A stretch of 64,000 bases of DNA from Verrucomicrobiia bacterium (GCA_023953615.1 JAMLJH010000002.1:1040492-1104491), one strand, 5' to 3'. Shown: positions 8,353 to 16,737, counted from the first letter of the stretch. Numbers and translations: made by a program. The notes: generated by a model not told the origin, from the letters alone.

Positions 8353-10183
8353 TTCGGTCGTGCTCGAATGTCAGGTGTGGCAGGAAGCGTTGGGGCGGGC
8401 GCGCGGCGAAGGTTTTTCAGTTTCCGAACTCAAAGAGTTCACAGGGAAGCGCGGTTACATACGGGATGAGGAACGTCCCGGCGCGGTCACTTTGCGCGAA
8501 GTTCTGCTCCGCGAATGGGAAATCGTTCAGACCGCGAAAGAAGGCGTGGGTGATGCCTGGCCGCTGGTTGCGAATCCGCGTCCGGCAGATCCCAAACTCG
8601 ACGACGAACAACGAGAGGCACTCGATGCTTTGCTCTCCTCCATTAACACCGTGTCTGTGTTTCGCGGCGGCGCGGGCACGGGCAAAAGTTTTGTCCTGCA
8701 CGAGCTGGTCGAACAACTTCGGGAGTCTGGTCGGCGTGTGGTTGTTCTCGCCCCGCAGCGTCAGCAAGTCGTGGAAATGGAGAAGGCAGGATTTCCGTCA
8801 CCCTCTACGGTCGCGAATTTTATCCTCAAGCGCGAACTGGCTGAACGCGCGGTCGTTGTCGTGGACGAAGCGGGGCAAATCGGCGGGCGGCAAATGCTCG
8901 AATTGATGCGGCTGGTCCGCGAGCGGAATGCCCGGCTGATTCTGTCGGGCGACACGCGGCAGCACGGAGCTGTTGAGGCTTCGGACGCATTGCTGGCAAT
9001 CGAGCGGCACTCCGGCGTCAGGCCAGTCGAGTTGCACAAGATTCGGCGGCAAGACCCGGCGCTTGGCAAAGACGCCGATGAGCGCATACGCATCAAGGAT
9101 TATCGGAACGCAGTCGAATCAGCGGCGGCGGGCAAGTTGAGCGAATCGTTTGAACGCCTCGACAAGATGGGTGCGGTGGTGGCGTGCGGCTTGGGAGATC
9201 AAGCTGACAAGCTGGCGAAAGAATATCTCCGGCTCGCGGAACAAGAGGCTTCGGCGGTGGTCGTCTCGCAAACATGGAGTGAAGTGCATCGCGTCAACAC
9301 GCGCGTCCGCGATGCACTCAAAGACAAAGGATTGCTCGGCGCAAACGACACGATCGTTCAAGTGCTGGACAAGCTCGACTTGACGAACGCGCAGAAACGC
9401 GACGAACGGTTTTACCCGCCTGATGCCGTCGTCGTCTTCAATCAGAAAGTGCGCGAAGCTGAACCGGGTGCGAAAGGAAAGCTGGCGGGCATTTTGAAAT
9501 CGAGCGTGCTCGTCGAAGTTGGCGGAAGATTCATCACCGTTTCAAACAAAGTCCTGGATCACGTTACGGTTTATCTCCCGCGTGAAATCTCGGTTGCACA
9601 AGGCGACCGGCTTCATCTCAAAGCGAATCGCAAGCTGGCTTCAGGTGGTCGCGTCACGAATGGCGAACTTGTCACCGTGAAGTTGGTTCGTCCCGATGGC
9701 GCAGTTGAACTCACCGATGGCCGCGTCCTGGACAAAACTTTCCGCGAGTTTCTGCCGGGCTACGCCGTCACGTCCTACGGCTCGCAAGGCAAGACGGTGG
9801 ATTACGTCCTGTTCTCCGACTCGACCGTCAAGGCCGCGACGAACGCGCAGCAATGGTATGTGACCATTTCGCGCGGGCGGCGTGGCATCCGAATCTTCAC
9901 GCCGGACAAAGAGCAATTGCGCGAGAATGTGACGCGCTCCGGCCACAGGCCGCTGGCGATGGAGTTGGTGGCCGGTCTTGTCCCGCGCCGTGGCGTCCGC
10001 CTTTGGGATCGCTTGCACGTCCATCTCCTCCGATTTGGACGACGCGCCGCCGACACTTTTTGCCGGTTGAAACTGGCGCGTCGTCATCACCATCAACCCA
10101 CGCAAAAGCATGAACACAAAAACACCCGAATGTTGGTCGAGCGACCCGAACGCTCACGGCGTCAAAATCGAACTGTCGGCTGA
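8291..10183 (+). CDS. MOBF (TrwC/TraI-type) relaxase, helicase portion only (RecD-like AAA_30 + UvrD_C); N-terminal relaxase domain missing
   Basis: AVQWAEEHLFDRNSVV (linker typical after the relaxase domain), LDDEQREALDALL, FRGGAGTGKS (Walker A), VVVVDEAGQ and a C-terminal YAVTSYGSQGKTVD. No HUH or catalytic Tyr domain is present; upstream sequence belongs to the opposite-strand helicase. Confidence 0.7.
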   Translation: MKSVTASEAVQWAEEHLFDRNSVVLECQVWQEALGRARGEGFSVSELKEFTGKRGYIRDEERPGAVTLREVLLREWEIVQTAKEGVGDAWPLVANPRPADPKLDDEQREALDALLSSINTVSVFRGGAGTGKSFVLHELVEQLRESGRRVVVLAPQRQQVVEMEKAGFPSPSTVANFILKRELAERAVVVVDEAGQIGGRQMLELMRLVRERNARLILSGDTRQHGAVEASDALLAIERHSGVRPVELHKIRRQDPALGKDADERIRIKDYRNAVESAAAGKLSESFERLDKMGAVVACGLGDQADKLAKEYLRLAEQEASAVVVSQTWSEVHRVNTRVRDALKDKGLLGANDTIVQVLDKLDLTNAQKRDERFYPPDAVVVFNQKVREAEPGAKGKLAGILKSSVLVEVGGRFITVSNKVLDHVTVYLPREISVAQGDRLHLKANRKLASGGRVTNGELVTVKLVRPDGAVELTDGRVLDKTFREFLPGYAVTSYGSQGKTVDYVLFSDSTVKAATNAQQWYVTISRGRRGIRIFTPDKEQLRENVTRSGHRPLAMELVAGLVPRRGVRLWDRLHVHLLRFGRRAADTFCRLKLARRHHHQPTQKHEHKNTRMLVERPERSRRQNRTVG

Positions 10184-10466
10184 ACGGAGTCTGCTGCTGC
10201 CGTTTGATCAATTCGCCTTCGCCGAACTCAAAACCGAAGGGAAGCAGCAACACCTCCGTTTGGTCTTTGCCACGCACGAGGTTTCGATTCGCGGCAACGC
10301 CTTGCGCCGAATCGAGACAACGATGCAGCGAATGGAATTGTCATTCCTCGCCGTTTTGTCGAGCAGTGAACGAAAACTCATCGCGGAAGGCCAGCCAGTG
10401 ATTCACGACATCACCGTTACGGAGGCAAATGCGGCTGGCAAGCAACATGAACAGGTCAAATCCTGA
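10110..10466 (+). CDS. Hypothetical protein
   Basis: 118-aa ORF following the relaxase remnant, with no recognisable motif. Confidence 0.4.
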   Translation: MNTKTPECWSSDPNAHGVKIELSAERSLLLPFDQFAFAELKTEGKQQHLRLVFATHEVSIRGNALRRIETTMQRMELSFLAVLSSSERKLIAEGQPVIHDITVTEANAAGKQHEQVKS

Positions 10467-10475
10467 TCGGTCGGC

Positions 10476-11459
10476 TTATTTCGAGGGCCGGAACACGCGG
10501 ATTTCCGCGTCTTGTTGTCCGTGCTGCGGGACAGCGAGGAAAAACTCATTCAATTCGGCGGAGAAAAAGGAAGTCCGCGCGCCGGTGCGGGTGGGAATTC
10601 GTTCACGCAACTGGTAATGATCCGCATCGCGCTGGTCAACGACATCTACGAAACCTTCGCCACAGGAGACATAAAGGCGTTTAAGCGCGGCATCATAAAA
10701 CACGTCATCGGTGTCGCCGGAAATCGCAAAGTTGGTCACGGGTTTACCGGTCGTGGTATCGAAGACAACCAACCGTGCCGGTTTGCGGCAACCGACGAAC
10801 AGGCGGTGATTCGCTTCATCCAGCGCCATCGGAAAGTTGGCTTGGAACTCCTTCATCGGCCATGTCGTGGTGACGGTTTGCTTCTCGCGGTCAATAACGG
10901 CGATTTGTTTTGCGTCAGGCACGTTCACGAAGATGCGGTTTCCGTTCTTCTCCAATTGAAATGATTCCGGGTGTCCCCCGAGCTTTATGTTGCCGGTTTG
11001 TTTCATCGTCGCGGAATCAATGATGGCGAGTGCGCCGTCGCCATAGCCGTTGTAGATCAATTTCGTTTTGGCATCGAAGCGTGCGTTGTCGGCGTCGTCC
11101 AGTGAGCCGATGCTTTTCGCCAACTCGTAGGAAACGCCGTCGAACAATTTGAACGTGCCGTCGTTTCCGTTGGCGACGCCGATTTGGTTCGCTTCCGGCA
11201 GAAAGACCACGCCTGTCGGCATGTGAAGACCGTTGATGCTCTTGACCCGCTTGCCCGCTGCCACGTCGAGCACTTCAAGGGTGTCGTTTCCAAGTGCAGC
11301 GACAAAGAGACGGTGATTCTTTGCATCTATGGCAAAATGGTCGAACCGTCCTTTGACACCGGGTAGCGGAATGGTCTTGATGAGTTTGAGCGTGTTGGAT
11401 TCCTGCGCCCCAGCGTAGAGGGCGACGGAACAGAGCAGCGATAAAGCAAGTGACCGCAT
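10476..11459 (-). CDS. Secreted YncE-like / lactonase-type 7-bladed beta-propeller protein
   Basis: Signal peptide MRSLALSLLCSVALYAGA. Repeated ..RLFV...G...V.V(I)D.. blades. Confidence 0.65.
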   Translation of the reverse strand: MRSLALSLLCSVALYAGAQESNTLKLIKTIPLPGVKGRFDHFAIDAKNHRLFVAALGNDTLEVLDVAAGKRVKSINGLHMPTGVVFLPEANQIGVANGNDGTFKLFDGVSYELAKSIGSLDDADNARFDAKTKLIYNGYGDGALAIIDSATMKQTGNIKLGGHPESFQLEKNGNRIFVNVPDAKQIAVIDREKQTVTTTWPMKEFQANFPMALDEANHRLFVGCRKPARLVVFDTTTGKPVTNFAISGDTDDVFYDAALKRLYVSCGEGFVDVVDQRDADHYQLRERIPTRTGARTSFFSAELNEFFLAVPQHGQQDAEIRVFRPSK

Positions 11460-11469
11460 AGGTTGAGAG

Positions 11470-12090
11470 CTATTTGCTGCCGTAAGTGAAATCATCGAAC
11501 AGCGTCACGCTATCGGCCTTTGTCCACACGCCGACCATGCCCGCGTCCTTGAAGCTGTCGTCGCTGGCTTCGATAACTTTCTTGCCGTCAAACGTGACGG
11601 TGAATTTATTTCCCGCAAAATCCACGCGCAACGTGTGCCATACGCCAGACGCGACCTTGGTGTCGGAGTTTTTGAACGAGACGCGCTTGCCTTTGATCGT
11701 GTGGTAAATGGTCACGTTGTCTTCGAGCGCGTTGGCGCGGGCGATGTAATAATTGTCCGCATCCGCGCAGCGCCAGATGACGCCGCCCGCCTGATCTTCC
11801 TTGCCGCTGACGGGCTTAAACTTCACTTCGACGAAGCCATCCTTGAGGCTCGTGTCATCCTTGATGCAAACCGGGTAAGTCGCTTCGCCGGATTGTTTGA
11901 GGACGTTTGGTTTGCTCGGCGCGGTGTCGTCCTTTTCAACCGTCCACTTCGCGTTGCCGCTGCCGGTCTTGGTCGCGGTCCAACCGGCTGGAGCTTCGCC
12001 GATTTTGGCGTCGTCGAAATTGACGGTCTGTGCGAGCGCAGCATTGGCTAGAACACTCGTTCCGATAATCATAGCAGTGATAGTTTTCAT
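11470..12090 (-). CDS. Secreted DUF1080 (3-keto-disaccharide hydrolase / LamG-like) domain protein
   Basis: Signal peptide, then W.V....(D/G)...L...., FVEVKFK and GVW.KADSVTLFDDF, typical of DUF1080. Confidence 0.65.
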   Translation of the reverse strand: MKTITAMIIGTSVLANAALAQTVNFDDAKIGEAPAGWTATKTGSGNAKWTVEKDDTAPSKPNVLKQSGEATYPVCIKDDTSLKDGFVEVKFKPVSGKEDQAGGVIWRCADADNYYIARANALEDNVTIYHTIKGKRVSFKNSDTKVASGVWHTLRVDFAGNKFTVTFDGKKVIEASDDSFKDAGMVGVWTKADSVTLFDDFTYGSK

Positions 12091-12103
12091 AGTTAGAGTG
12101 TTT

Positions 12104-12136
12104 CACCGGCAACCGCTCGCTCGCATGTTGCCGGTG
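12104..12136 (-). terminator. Perfect 10-bp stem hairpin (caccggcaac / gttgccggtg) between two co-oriented genes
   Basis: Inverted repeat seen directly. There is no clear U-tract, so a terminator role is uncertain. Confidence 0.25.
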
Positions 12137-12149
12137 AGGTTGCGTGATT

Positions 12150-12512
12150 TCATTTTACGGCGGAAACGTAGATGACCTGTGTGCCGCCTTTTTTGACGAG
12201 CGTTCCCTCGACCGTGACGGTTTCGGCCATTTTATCAATCAACACATCCTTGCCCGGCTGATGGTCTTTGATGCCCATCATCACATAGATTTCGCCTTTT
12301 TCGGTGAGCAGACCGATGGGATTTCCCGCCTTGGCGCACGCCGTCCCGCATTTTTTGTGCTCCGCACCGTGGTCGCCGCCTTCGAGGTAACACCATAAGT
12401 CAACAACCTCGCCTTTGACCGTGATGGCGTCGCCTTTCGGATCGGCGAACGTGGGAGTGACGCCCAACAGAAACAGCGGCAAAGCCGCTATCGCTACACG
12501 AATGATTTTCAT
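12150..12512 (-). CDS. Small secreted Cys/His-containing protein, unknown function
   Basis: Signal peptide MKIIRVAIAALPLFLLGVTPTFA. Segment WCYLEGGDHGAEHKKCGTACAKAG. The ATG at 12512 is chosen over the longer track ORF. Confidence 0.55.
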   Translation of the reverse strand: MKIIRVAIAALPLFLLGVTPTFADPKGDAITVKGEVVDLWCYLEGGDHGAEHKKCGTACAKAGNPIGLLTEKGEIYVMMGIKDHQPGKDVLIDKMAETVTVEGTLVKKGGTQVIYVSAVK

Positions 12513-12559
12513 TTTGTTCCTTTCATTTATCTCCGGGCATCCCGAAGAAATTGTTTTGG

Positions 12560-13447
12560 TTACTTGCTTTGCGTGGCGAGCGCGGCTTTCAGCGCCGCCG
12601 CCAAATCGGCCGTCTTGCCTCTGCCCCAATAATGCAGAAAGAGAATGCGCGGGTTCTCGTGCGTCATGTGACTGTGAATCGCCACGATGTTGATCCCGTC
12701 ATGGCGAAGCGATTTCAACACCTGCTGCAATTCGTCTTCCAACACGGCGAAATCGCCATCCACGAGCGCATTGTCGTCCGCGCCCGCAAACGCCGCCCAG
12801 GTGTTCACGCCCATTTCCTTGGTCATTTCGCAGCCACACGGCATTTTCGTTGTGCGTCCGATGACGATTTTGAACATGCCGTTGTTCGCCTGCCCCTTGA
12901 CGCCGAGCAGGTCTTCGATGGTTTTGCCGGTAATGGAATTCGTGGCGGGCATAGCCGCACCGCCGAAGCTTTTCCCTGGCTGCGAATTCACCGCGCGGAT
13001 TTCCTTCACCTTGTCCCACATTTTGCGAACAGCGGCGGCGAGCTTGTCTGCCTCGCCCATGCCGCTGATGTGCATGAAATAAACCTTCGGCTCGTCATAA
13101 AAGAAATGGTTGTGCAGGGCGGTGACGGAAAGACCGTTGTCCAAGGCGACGCTCATCACGGGATTCACCTCGTCCTGAAACAGCACCGTGTCGCCCATCA
13201 CCATCACGTCGTCGGTCTTTTGTTCCGTGAACGCGGCCCATGAAGCCAGCCCCATAAACGGCGGCATCGTCCAACCGTCCACGGCGATTTTTACGTCGTT
13301 ACGCGGCGAAGTGACTTTGAAGACTCCTTCGTTGGTGTTGAGCGTGCCTTTGACACCCGTGAGTTGTTCGATTTTGGCGGTGTCGAGACCTGCGCCGTGA
13401 CAACACAAATTGACGGCAGCAAGTGCAAACAGAATGGCTTTTTTCAT
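12560..13447 (-). CDS. Secreted DUF1259 (LpqO/LppY-like) two-repeat protein
   Basis: Signal peptide MKKAILFALAAVNLC. The two halves each end in ..ALHNHFF..P.V.FMH / ..AIHSHMTHE.PRILFLH, as I recall for DUF1259. Confidence 0.55.
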   Translation of the reverse strand: MKKAILFALAAVNLCCHGAGLDTAKIEQLTGVKGTLNTNEGVFKVTSPRNDVKIAVDGWTMPPFMGLASWAAFTEQKTDDVMVMGDTVLFQDEVNPVMSVALDNGLSVTALHNHFFYDEPKVYFMHISGMGEADKLAAAVRKMWDKVKEIRAVNSQPGKSFGGAAMPATNSITGKTIEDLLGVKGQANNGMFKIVIGRTTKMPCGCEMTKEMGVNTWAAFAGADDNALVDGDFAVLEDELQQVLKSLRHDGINIVAIHSHMTHENPRILFLHYWGRGKTADLAAALKAALATQSK

Positions 13448-13484
13448 GGTGACTGTTTTGATAAAGGGTTTGGTCGTGATTTTT

Positions 13485-14111
13485 TCAAGAGGTGACGCGG
13501 ATATTCGCGAACGCAACCGTGCCGGTGTGAACCTGGAGTCCGATGAAGCCGGAGTCGGGGTCTTCGCTCTTTTTCTTGCCGCGAAATTGCTCGCTTGCCG
13601 CAGCGGTGAAAACCGTGGCGGGCTGGCCGTTGAGTTTCACTTCGTATGTGCGGTCGGTCACTTTGATCTCGTAGGAGTGCCAAACGCCGGAAGCGAGACG
13701 CTGATTGTTCGTGTAGTTCTGCTGGCCAACCGCTGTGCCCTGGGTTTTGATTTTGTAAATCGCCCCCGTGCGGTTGAAGAACAAGCCGTCAGCTTCGTTC
13801 TTCCGCGTGTCGCCGCGCGCTTCTTCATCAATCTGGATTTCGTAGCCGGTATCCACCGCGACCGTGGCGAGGTTTCCGGGCACGTCCGGTCCGGGTGTTC
13901 CAGGCAACACCGGCTTGCGCGGATCACGGAAGCGAACGAAGACACCGGAGTTGTCGTTGAAACCGCCGCGCGGATGCGGCAGGCAGAAATCGAGGCGCAG
14001 CGTGAAGTTATTGAATTGCTTCCCGGTGTAGTAGAGCAGGCCGATGCCATTGCCAGGTTGAGCGATCAATGAGCGGCCCGCGATGACAAAGCGATTGCCT
14101 CCTCCCGGCAT
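13485..14111 (-). CDS. DUF1080-domain protein, no signal peptide in this frame (possibly N-terminally damaged)
   Basis: ..YTGKQFNNFTLRLDF.., GYEIQIDE and GFIGLQVHTGTVAFANIRV are typical DUF1080 motifs. Confidence 0.6.
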   Translation of the reverse strand: MPGGGNRFVIAGRSLIAQPGNGIGLLYYTGKQFNNFTLRLDFCLPHPRGGFNDNSGVFVRFRDPRKPVLPGTPGPDVPGNLATVAVDTGYEIQIDEEARGDTRKNEADGLFFNRTGAIYKIKTQGTAVGQQNYTNNQRLASGVWHSYEIKVTDRTYEVKLNGQPATVFTAAASEQFRGKKKSEDPDSGFIGLQVHTGTVAFANIRVTS

Positions 14112-14329
14112 CTCGGCCAGCTTCGCGCGCTAGATTTGGGAATCGCCATCGGTTCGGCGGCGAAGACGGCGAGCCTCAACAACATTGATATGCGCTGCCA
14201 GACGCGAATCGCCGCCGCCGCGAGACACTTGAAAGTCATTCAAGCTGATCTTGCCGTAGCTGTGTCCATGAGCGTGAGTCACAAGAACATTTTCTTCGAC
14301 AAGAAGATGCCGGAGATAAAGTTCCCCGC

Positions 14330-15580
14330 GTGAGCGGTTGGCGCAACATCGGGGAGTTTCTCGCACTGCGGCGGAATACGTCGCTGATGCTCGTCGCCCT
14401 CGTCCTGGCTGGCACGGGCGAAAGACTTTGGCTTGGCTTCGCACCCAAATACATCGAAACGCTCGGTGGCGGAATTCTCATTATCGGCTTGTTCGACGCG
14501 CTGCAAACTTTCCTTGGCGCGATCTACGCCTATCCTGGCGGCTGGCTCACCGACCATTGGGGACAGCGCCGTTCACTGTTGTTGTTCAGCGTGATTTCCG
14601 TGGCGGGCTACATTCTGGTTTTGCTCTGGCCACACTGGCTAGCGCTGTTGCTCGGCTCGTTTCTATTTCTGGCATGGAGCGCTTTATCACTGCCCGCGAC
14701 ATTTTCAGTCGTCGCCACGTCGCTTGAAAAACATCAGCACACGATGGGCATCGGCGTGCAATCCATGATTCGTCGTGTGCCGATGATGCTCGGCCCGCTC
14801 ATCGGCGGCTTGTTGCTCACGCGCTACGGCTGGACGGACGGCGTGCGTTACGCACTCGCGCTCTGCATCGCGATGAGCCTGTTGACGGCGGCGTTTCAAT
14901 GGCTCATGTTCGAGCCGCATGGAAAATCCGCAGCGCCGGGCTACATTCCACCTGACGCGGGGGGTTCATTCCTCGGCGTCGTCAAATCTTTCACGCCTGC
15001 GTTGCGCGAACTTCTCGTGAGCGACATCCTCATCCGCTTCTGCGAACGGATTCCGTATGCGTTCGTGATTTTGTGGGCGATGGATTCCGGCGGCGTGACG
15101 GCGCAACAATTTGGTTATCTCATCACGTTTGAAATGGTCACGGCAATGCTCTGCTACATTCCTGTCGCGCATCTCGCCGACAAATACGGTCGCCGTCCAT
15201 TCGTGCTGGCGACGTTCATTTTCTTCACACTGTTTCCGTTGTCGCTGCTGTGGGCGCACAATTTCGCGTGGTTGGCACTGGCGTTCGTCGTGCGCGGGCT
15301 GAAGGAATTTGGTGAACCTGCGCGCAAGGCACTCATCATCGGCGAGGCCACGCCCGAACTTCGCGCGCGGACATACGGCGCGTATTATCTTATCCGCGAT
15401 TGCTTCGTAACGAGTGGTTCATTTCTCGGCGCGTGGCTGTGGCACATCAGCCCGCAAGCGAATTTCCTCGGTGCGGCGGTTTGCGGCGCGCTCGGCACAA
15501 TCTGGTTTTGGTGGTTCATCTACCGAAGGAATGAAGTAACGCGGATAGGTCCAGAATTGCAAAAGTCGGTCAAAGTGTAG
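14330..15580 (+). CDS. MFS transporter
   Basis: 416 aa, about 12 hydrophobic segments, and a GWLTDHWGQRRSLL loop (MFS motif A-like). Start codon is GTG. Confidence 0.8.
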   Translation: MSGWRNIGEFLALRRNTSLMLVALVLAGTGERLWLGFAPKYIETLGGGILIIGLFDALQTFLGAIYAYPGGWLTDHWGQRRSLLLFSVISVAGYILVLLWPHWLALLLGSFLFLAWSALSLPATFSVVATSLEKHQHTMGIGVQSMIRRVPMMLGPLIGGLLLTRYGWTDGVRYALALCIAMSLLTAAFQWLMFEPHGKSAAPGYIPPDAGGSFLGVVKSFTPALRELLVSDILIRFCERIPYAFVILWAMDSGGVTAQQFGYLITFEMVTAMLCYIPVAHLADKYGRRPFVLATFIFFTLFPLSLLWAHNFAWLALAFVVRGLKEFGEPARKALIIGEATPELRARTYGAYYLIRDCFVTSGSFLGAWLWHISPQANFLGAAVCGALGTIWFWWFIYRRNEVTRIGPELQKSVKV

Positions 15581-15608
15581 CCTCCTTTTTTCAGGAAGCC
15601 GTTACCGG

Positions 15609-16154
15609 CTAGGAGAAAAAATAGCCAAGGGAGCGAAGCGATGAGTGGTTGGGATTACCGATGACTATGTGATCGAGGACTTCGATTTTGAGAAGTTGCC
15701 CGGCTCGGATGAGGTCGCGGGTGATTTTGATGTCAGCTTCCGAAGGAGTTGATTCACCGCTCGGATGATTGTGCGCGATGATGATTGCAGCGGCACTCGC
15801 CATGATGGCTAAACGGAACACCTCCCTGGGATGACAGAGAATTGTATCCATCGTTCCAATGGACACCAGATAGTGGCCCTTGATGCGCCGACGTGTGTTG
15901 AGGATGAACACCACCAAACATTCACATTCAGAATTGAAGTAAGGATGTGTCGCGATATGCGTTTTCCAATAGGCGGCTGCCTGATCCGGTGTTTCGCACT
16001 GTTGCATGGTGTCGGGTGTAGGACATTCCCGAAGTGATACGATTTTCCATTCCTGCGGTTGAGACGGGAATTTGATCGGCTTGACGATGGTGTTCGTGGG
16101 TTGCGGAGTGATTGCGGGGCATCCGGTGGAGATGAGGTTTTCCGTTGTGTTCAT
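15609..16154 (-). CDS. RadC-like JAB-domain protein (DUF2466 type found on mobile elements)
   Basis: The HNHPSGESTPSEADIKITRDL signature and C-terminal VLDHIVIG. The ATG at 16154 is preferred; the 272-aa track ORF extension is low-complexity. Confidence 0.75.
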   Translation of the reverse strand: MNTTENLISTGCPAITPQPTNTIVKPIKFPSQPQEWKIVSLRECPTPDTMQQCETPDQAAAYWKTHIATHPYFNSECECLVVFILNTRRRIKGHYLVSIGTMDTILCHPREVFRLAIMASAAAIIIAHNHPSGESTPSEADIKITRDLIRAGQLLKIEVLDHIVIGNPNHSSLRSLGYFFS

Positions 16155-16160
16155 GTTTTG

Positions 16161-16355
16161 CGTTTCGTTCTGAAGGAGCGGGACTGCTCTCTTCACCGCA
16201 CCGGGAGAGCAGCCCCGCTCCTGACGAAACGCACCCGTCTGCGCCCGCGCCGCCGGGCAGCGGAGCATCAGCAACGAAGTGACAGCGGACGAAAGGATGT
16301 TTCGTCCGCTGGCGCGAGGTTGCGCGGAGCAACCAGAGGCGCGGGTGCAGACGGG
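16161..16355 (-). other. Densely nested hairpin region upstream of the radC-like gene (candidate structured RNA or single-strand DNA element)
   Basis: Pairings: 16161-16167/16225-16231, 16175-16191/16205-16221 (17 bp, 1 mismatch), 16234-16251/16338-16355 (18 bp, 1 mismatch) and 16283-16294/16300-16311 (12 bp perfect). Confidence 0.4.
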
Positions 16356-16463
16356 ATGAACACAGCGGATAACCTCATCGGCGGATGCCCGCTGCGTTGG
16401 CAAGCAAACACCGATGGCGAATGCCATTTAGCCCTGATAAACAGGGCATTTTTTACAAAAAGA

Positions 16464-16487
16464 AGTGCCAGTGAAAGTGCCAGTGAA
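16464..16487 (+). promoter_or_regulatory. AGTGCCAGTGAA x2 doublet, candidate arm-type integrase sites (distal arm of element 1)
   Basis: Identical to 3219-3242 and in the same orientation, about 180 bp before the second att core. Confidence 0.45.
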
Positions 16488-16666
16488 CAGGTGATAAATG
16501 AGTAATTGGCGAGTAGTTGATTGGCATCGAGTGCGTGATGCCGAGTGCTTGACAGATGTGCTAAAACGCCTGATTCTATTGGCGTTCGTTAGTTATGAGG
16601 CTGTTCGCCTCTGGTGGTGGGGCGGTAATCGCGGAGTAGTGAGTTTCGGAAAAACTCCCTGCATCT

Positions 16667-16691
16667 GTTCGATTCCGACCTCCGCCTCCAA
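16667..16691 (+). repeat. Second copy of the 25-bp tRNA-Cys 3'-end core (attR of element 1 and left att of element 2)
   Basis: Exact match to 3148-3172. The upstream sequence cannot form a T-arm, so this is not a tRNA gene. Confidence 0.8.
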
Positions 16692-16737
16692 TTCCAAACA
16701 ACTTTTGGACAAGGAGTTACAAATCTCACAGCCCTCA

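Larger units (their letters stand above)
3148..16691 (+). mobile_element. Integrative element 1 at tRNA-Cys (about 13.5 kb), a decayed ICE/IME-like island
   Basis: Exact 25-bp direct repeats lie at both ends. An integrase sits next to the tRNA, and the interior holds truncated relaxase and helicase genes, a RadC-like gene and cargo. Confidence 0.75.

Noticed and set aside
14130-14444. 104-aa ORF in the same frame as the DUF1080 gene, separated from it by a single TAG.
   Set aside because: Its product has no signal peptide or DUF1080-like sequence, and it overlaps the MFS gene start on the other strand. It is more likely noise. An alternative frameshift explanation is given as a low-interest finding.
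16155-16427. N-terminal extension of the radC-like ORF (the track gives 272 aa from 16427).
   Set aside because: The extension is Ala/Arg/Ser-rich and coincides with the nested hairpin block. RadC-like JAB proteins on mobile elements are usually about 150-180 aa, and the ATG at 16154 gives 181 aa.
16590-16691. Possible second (pseudo-)tRNA ending at the repeated tRNA-Cys 3' end.
   Set aside because: Only the last 25 nt match. The sequence preceding TTCGATT (gcatctg) cannot pair with ccgac to form a T-stem, and no acceptor 5' strand is present. It is an att scar.
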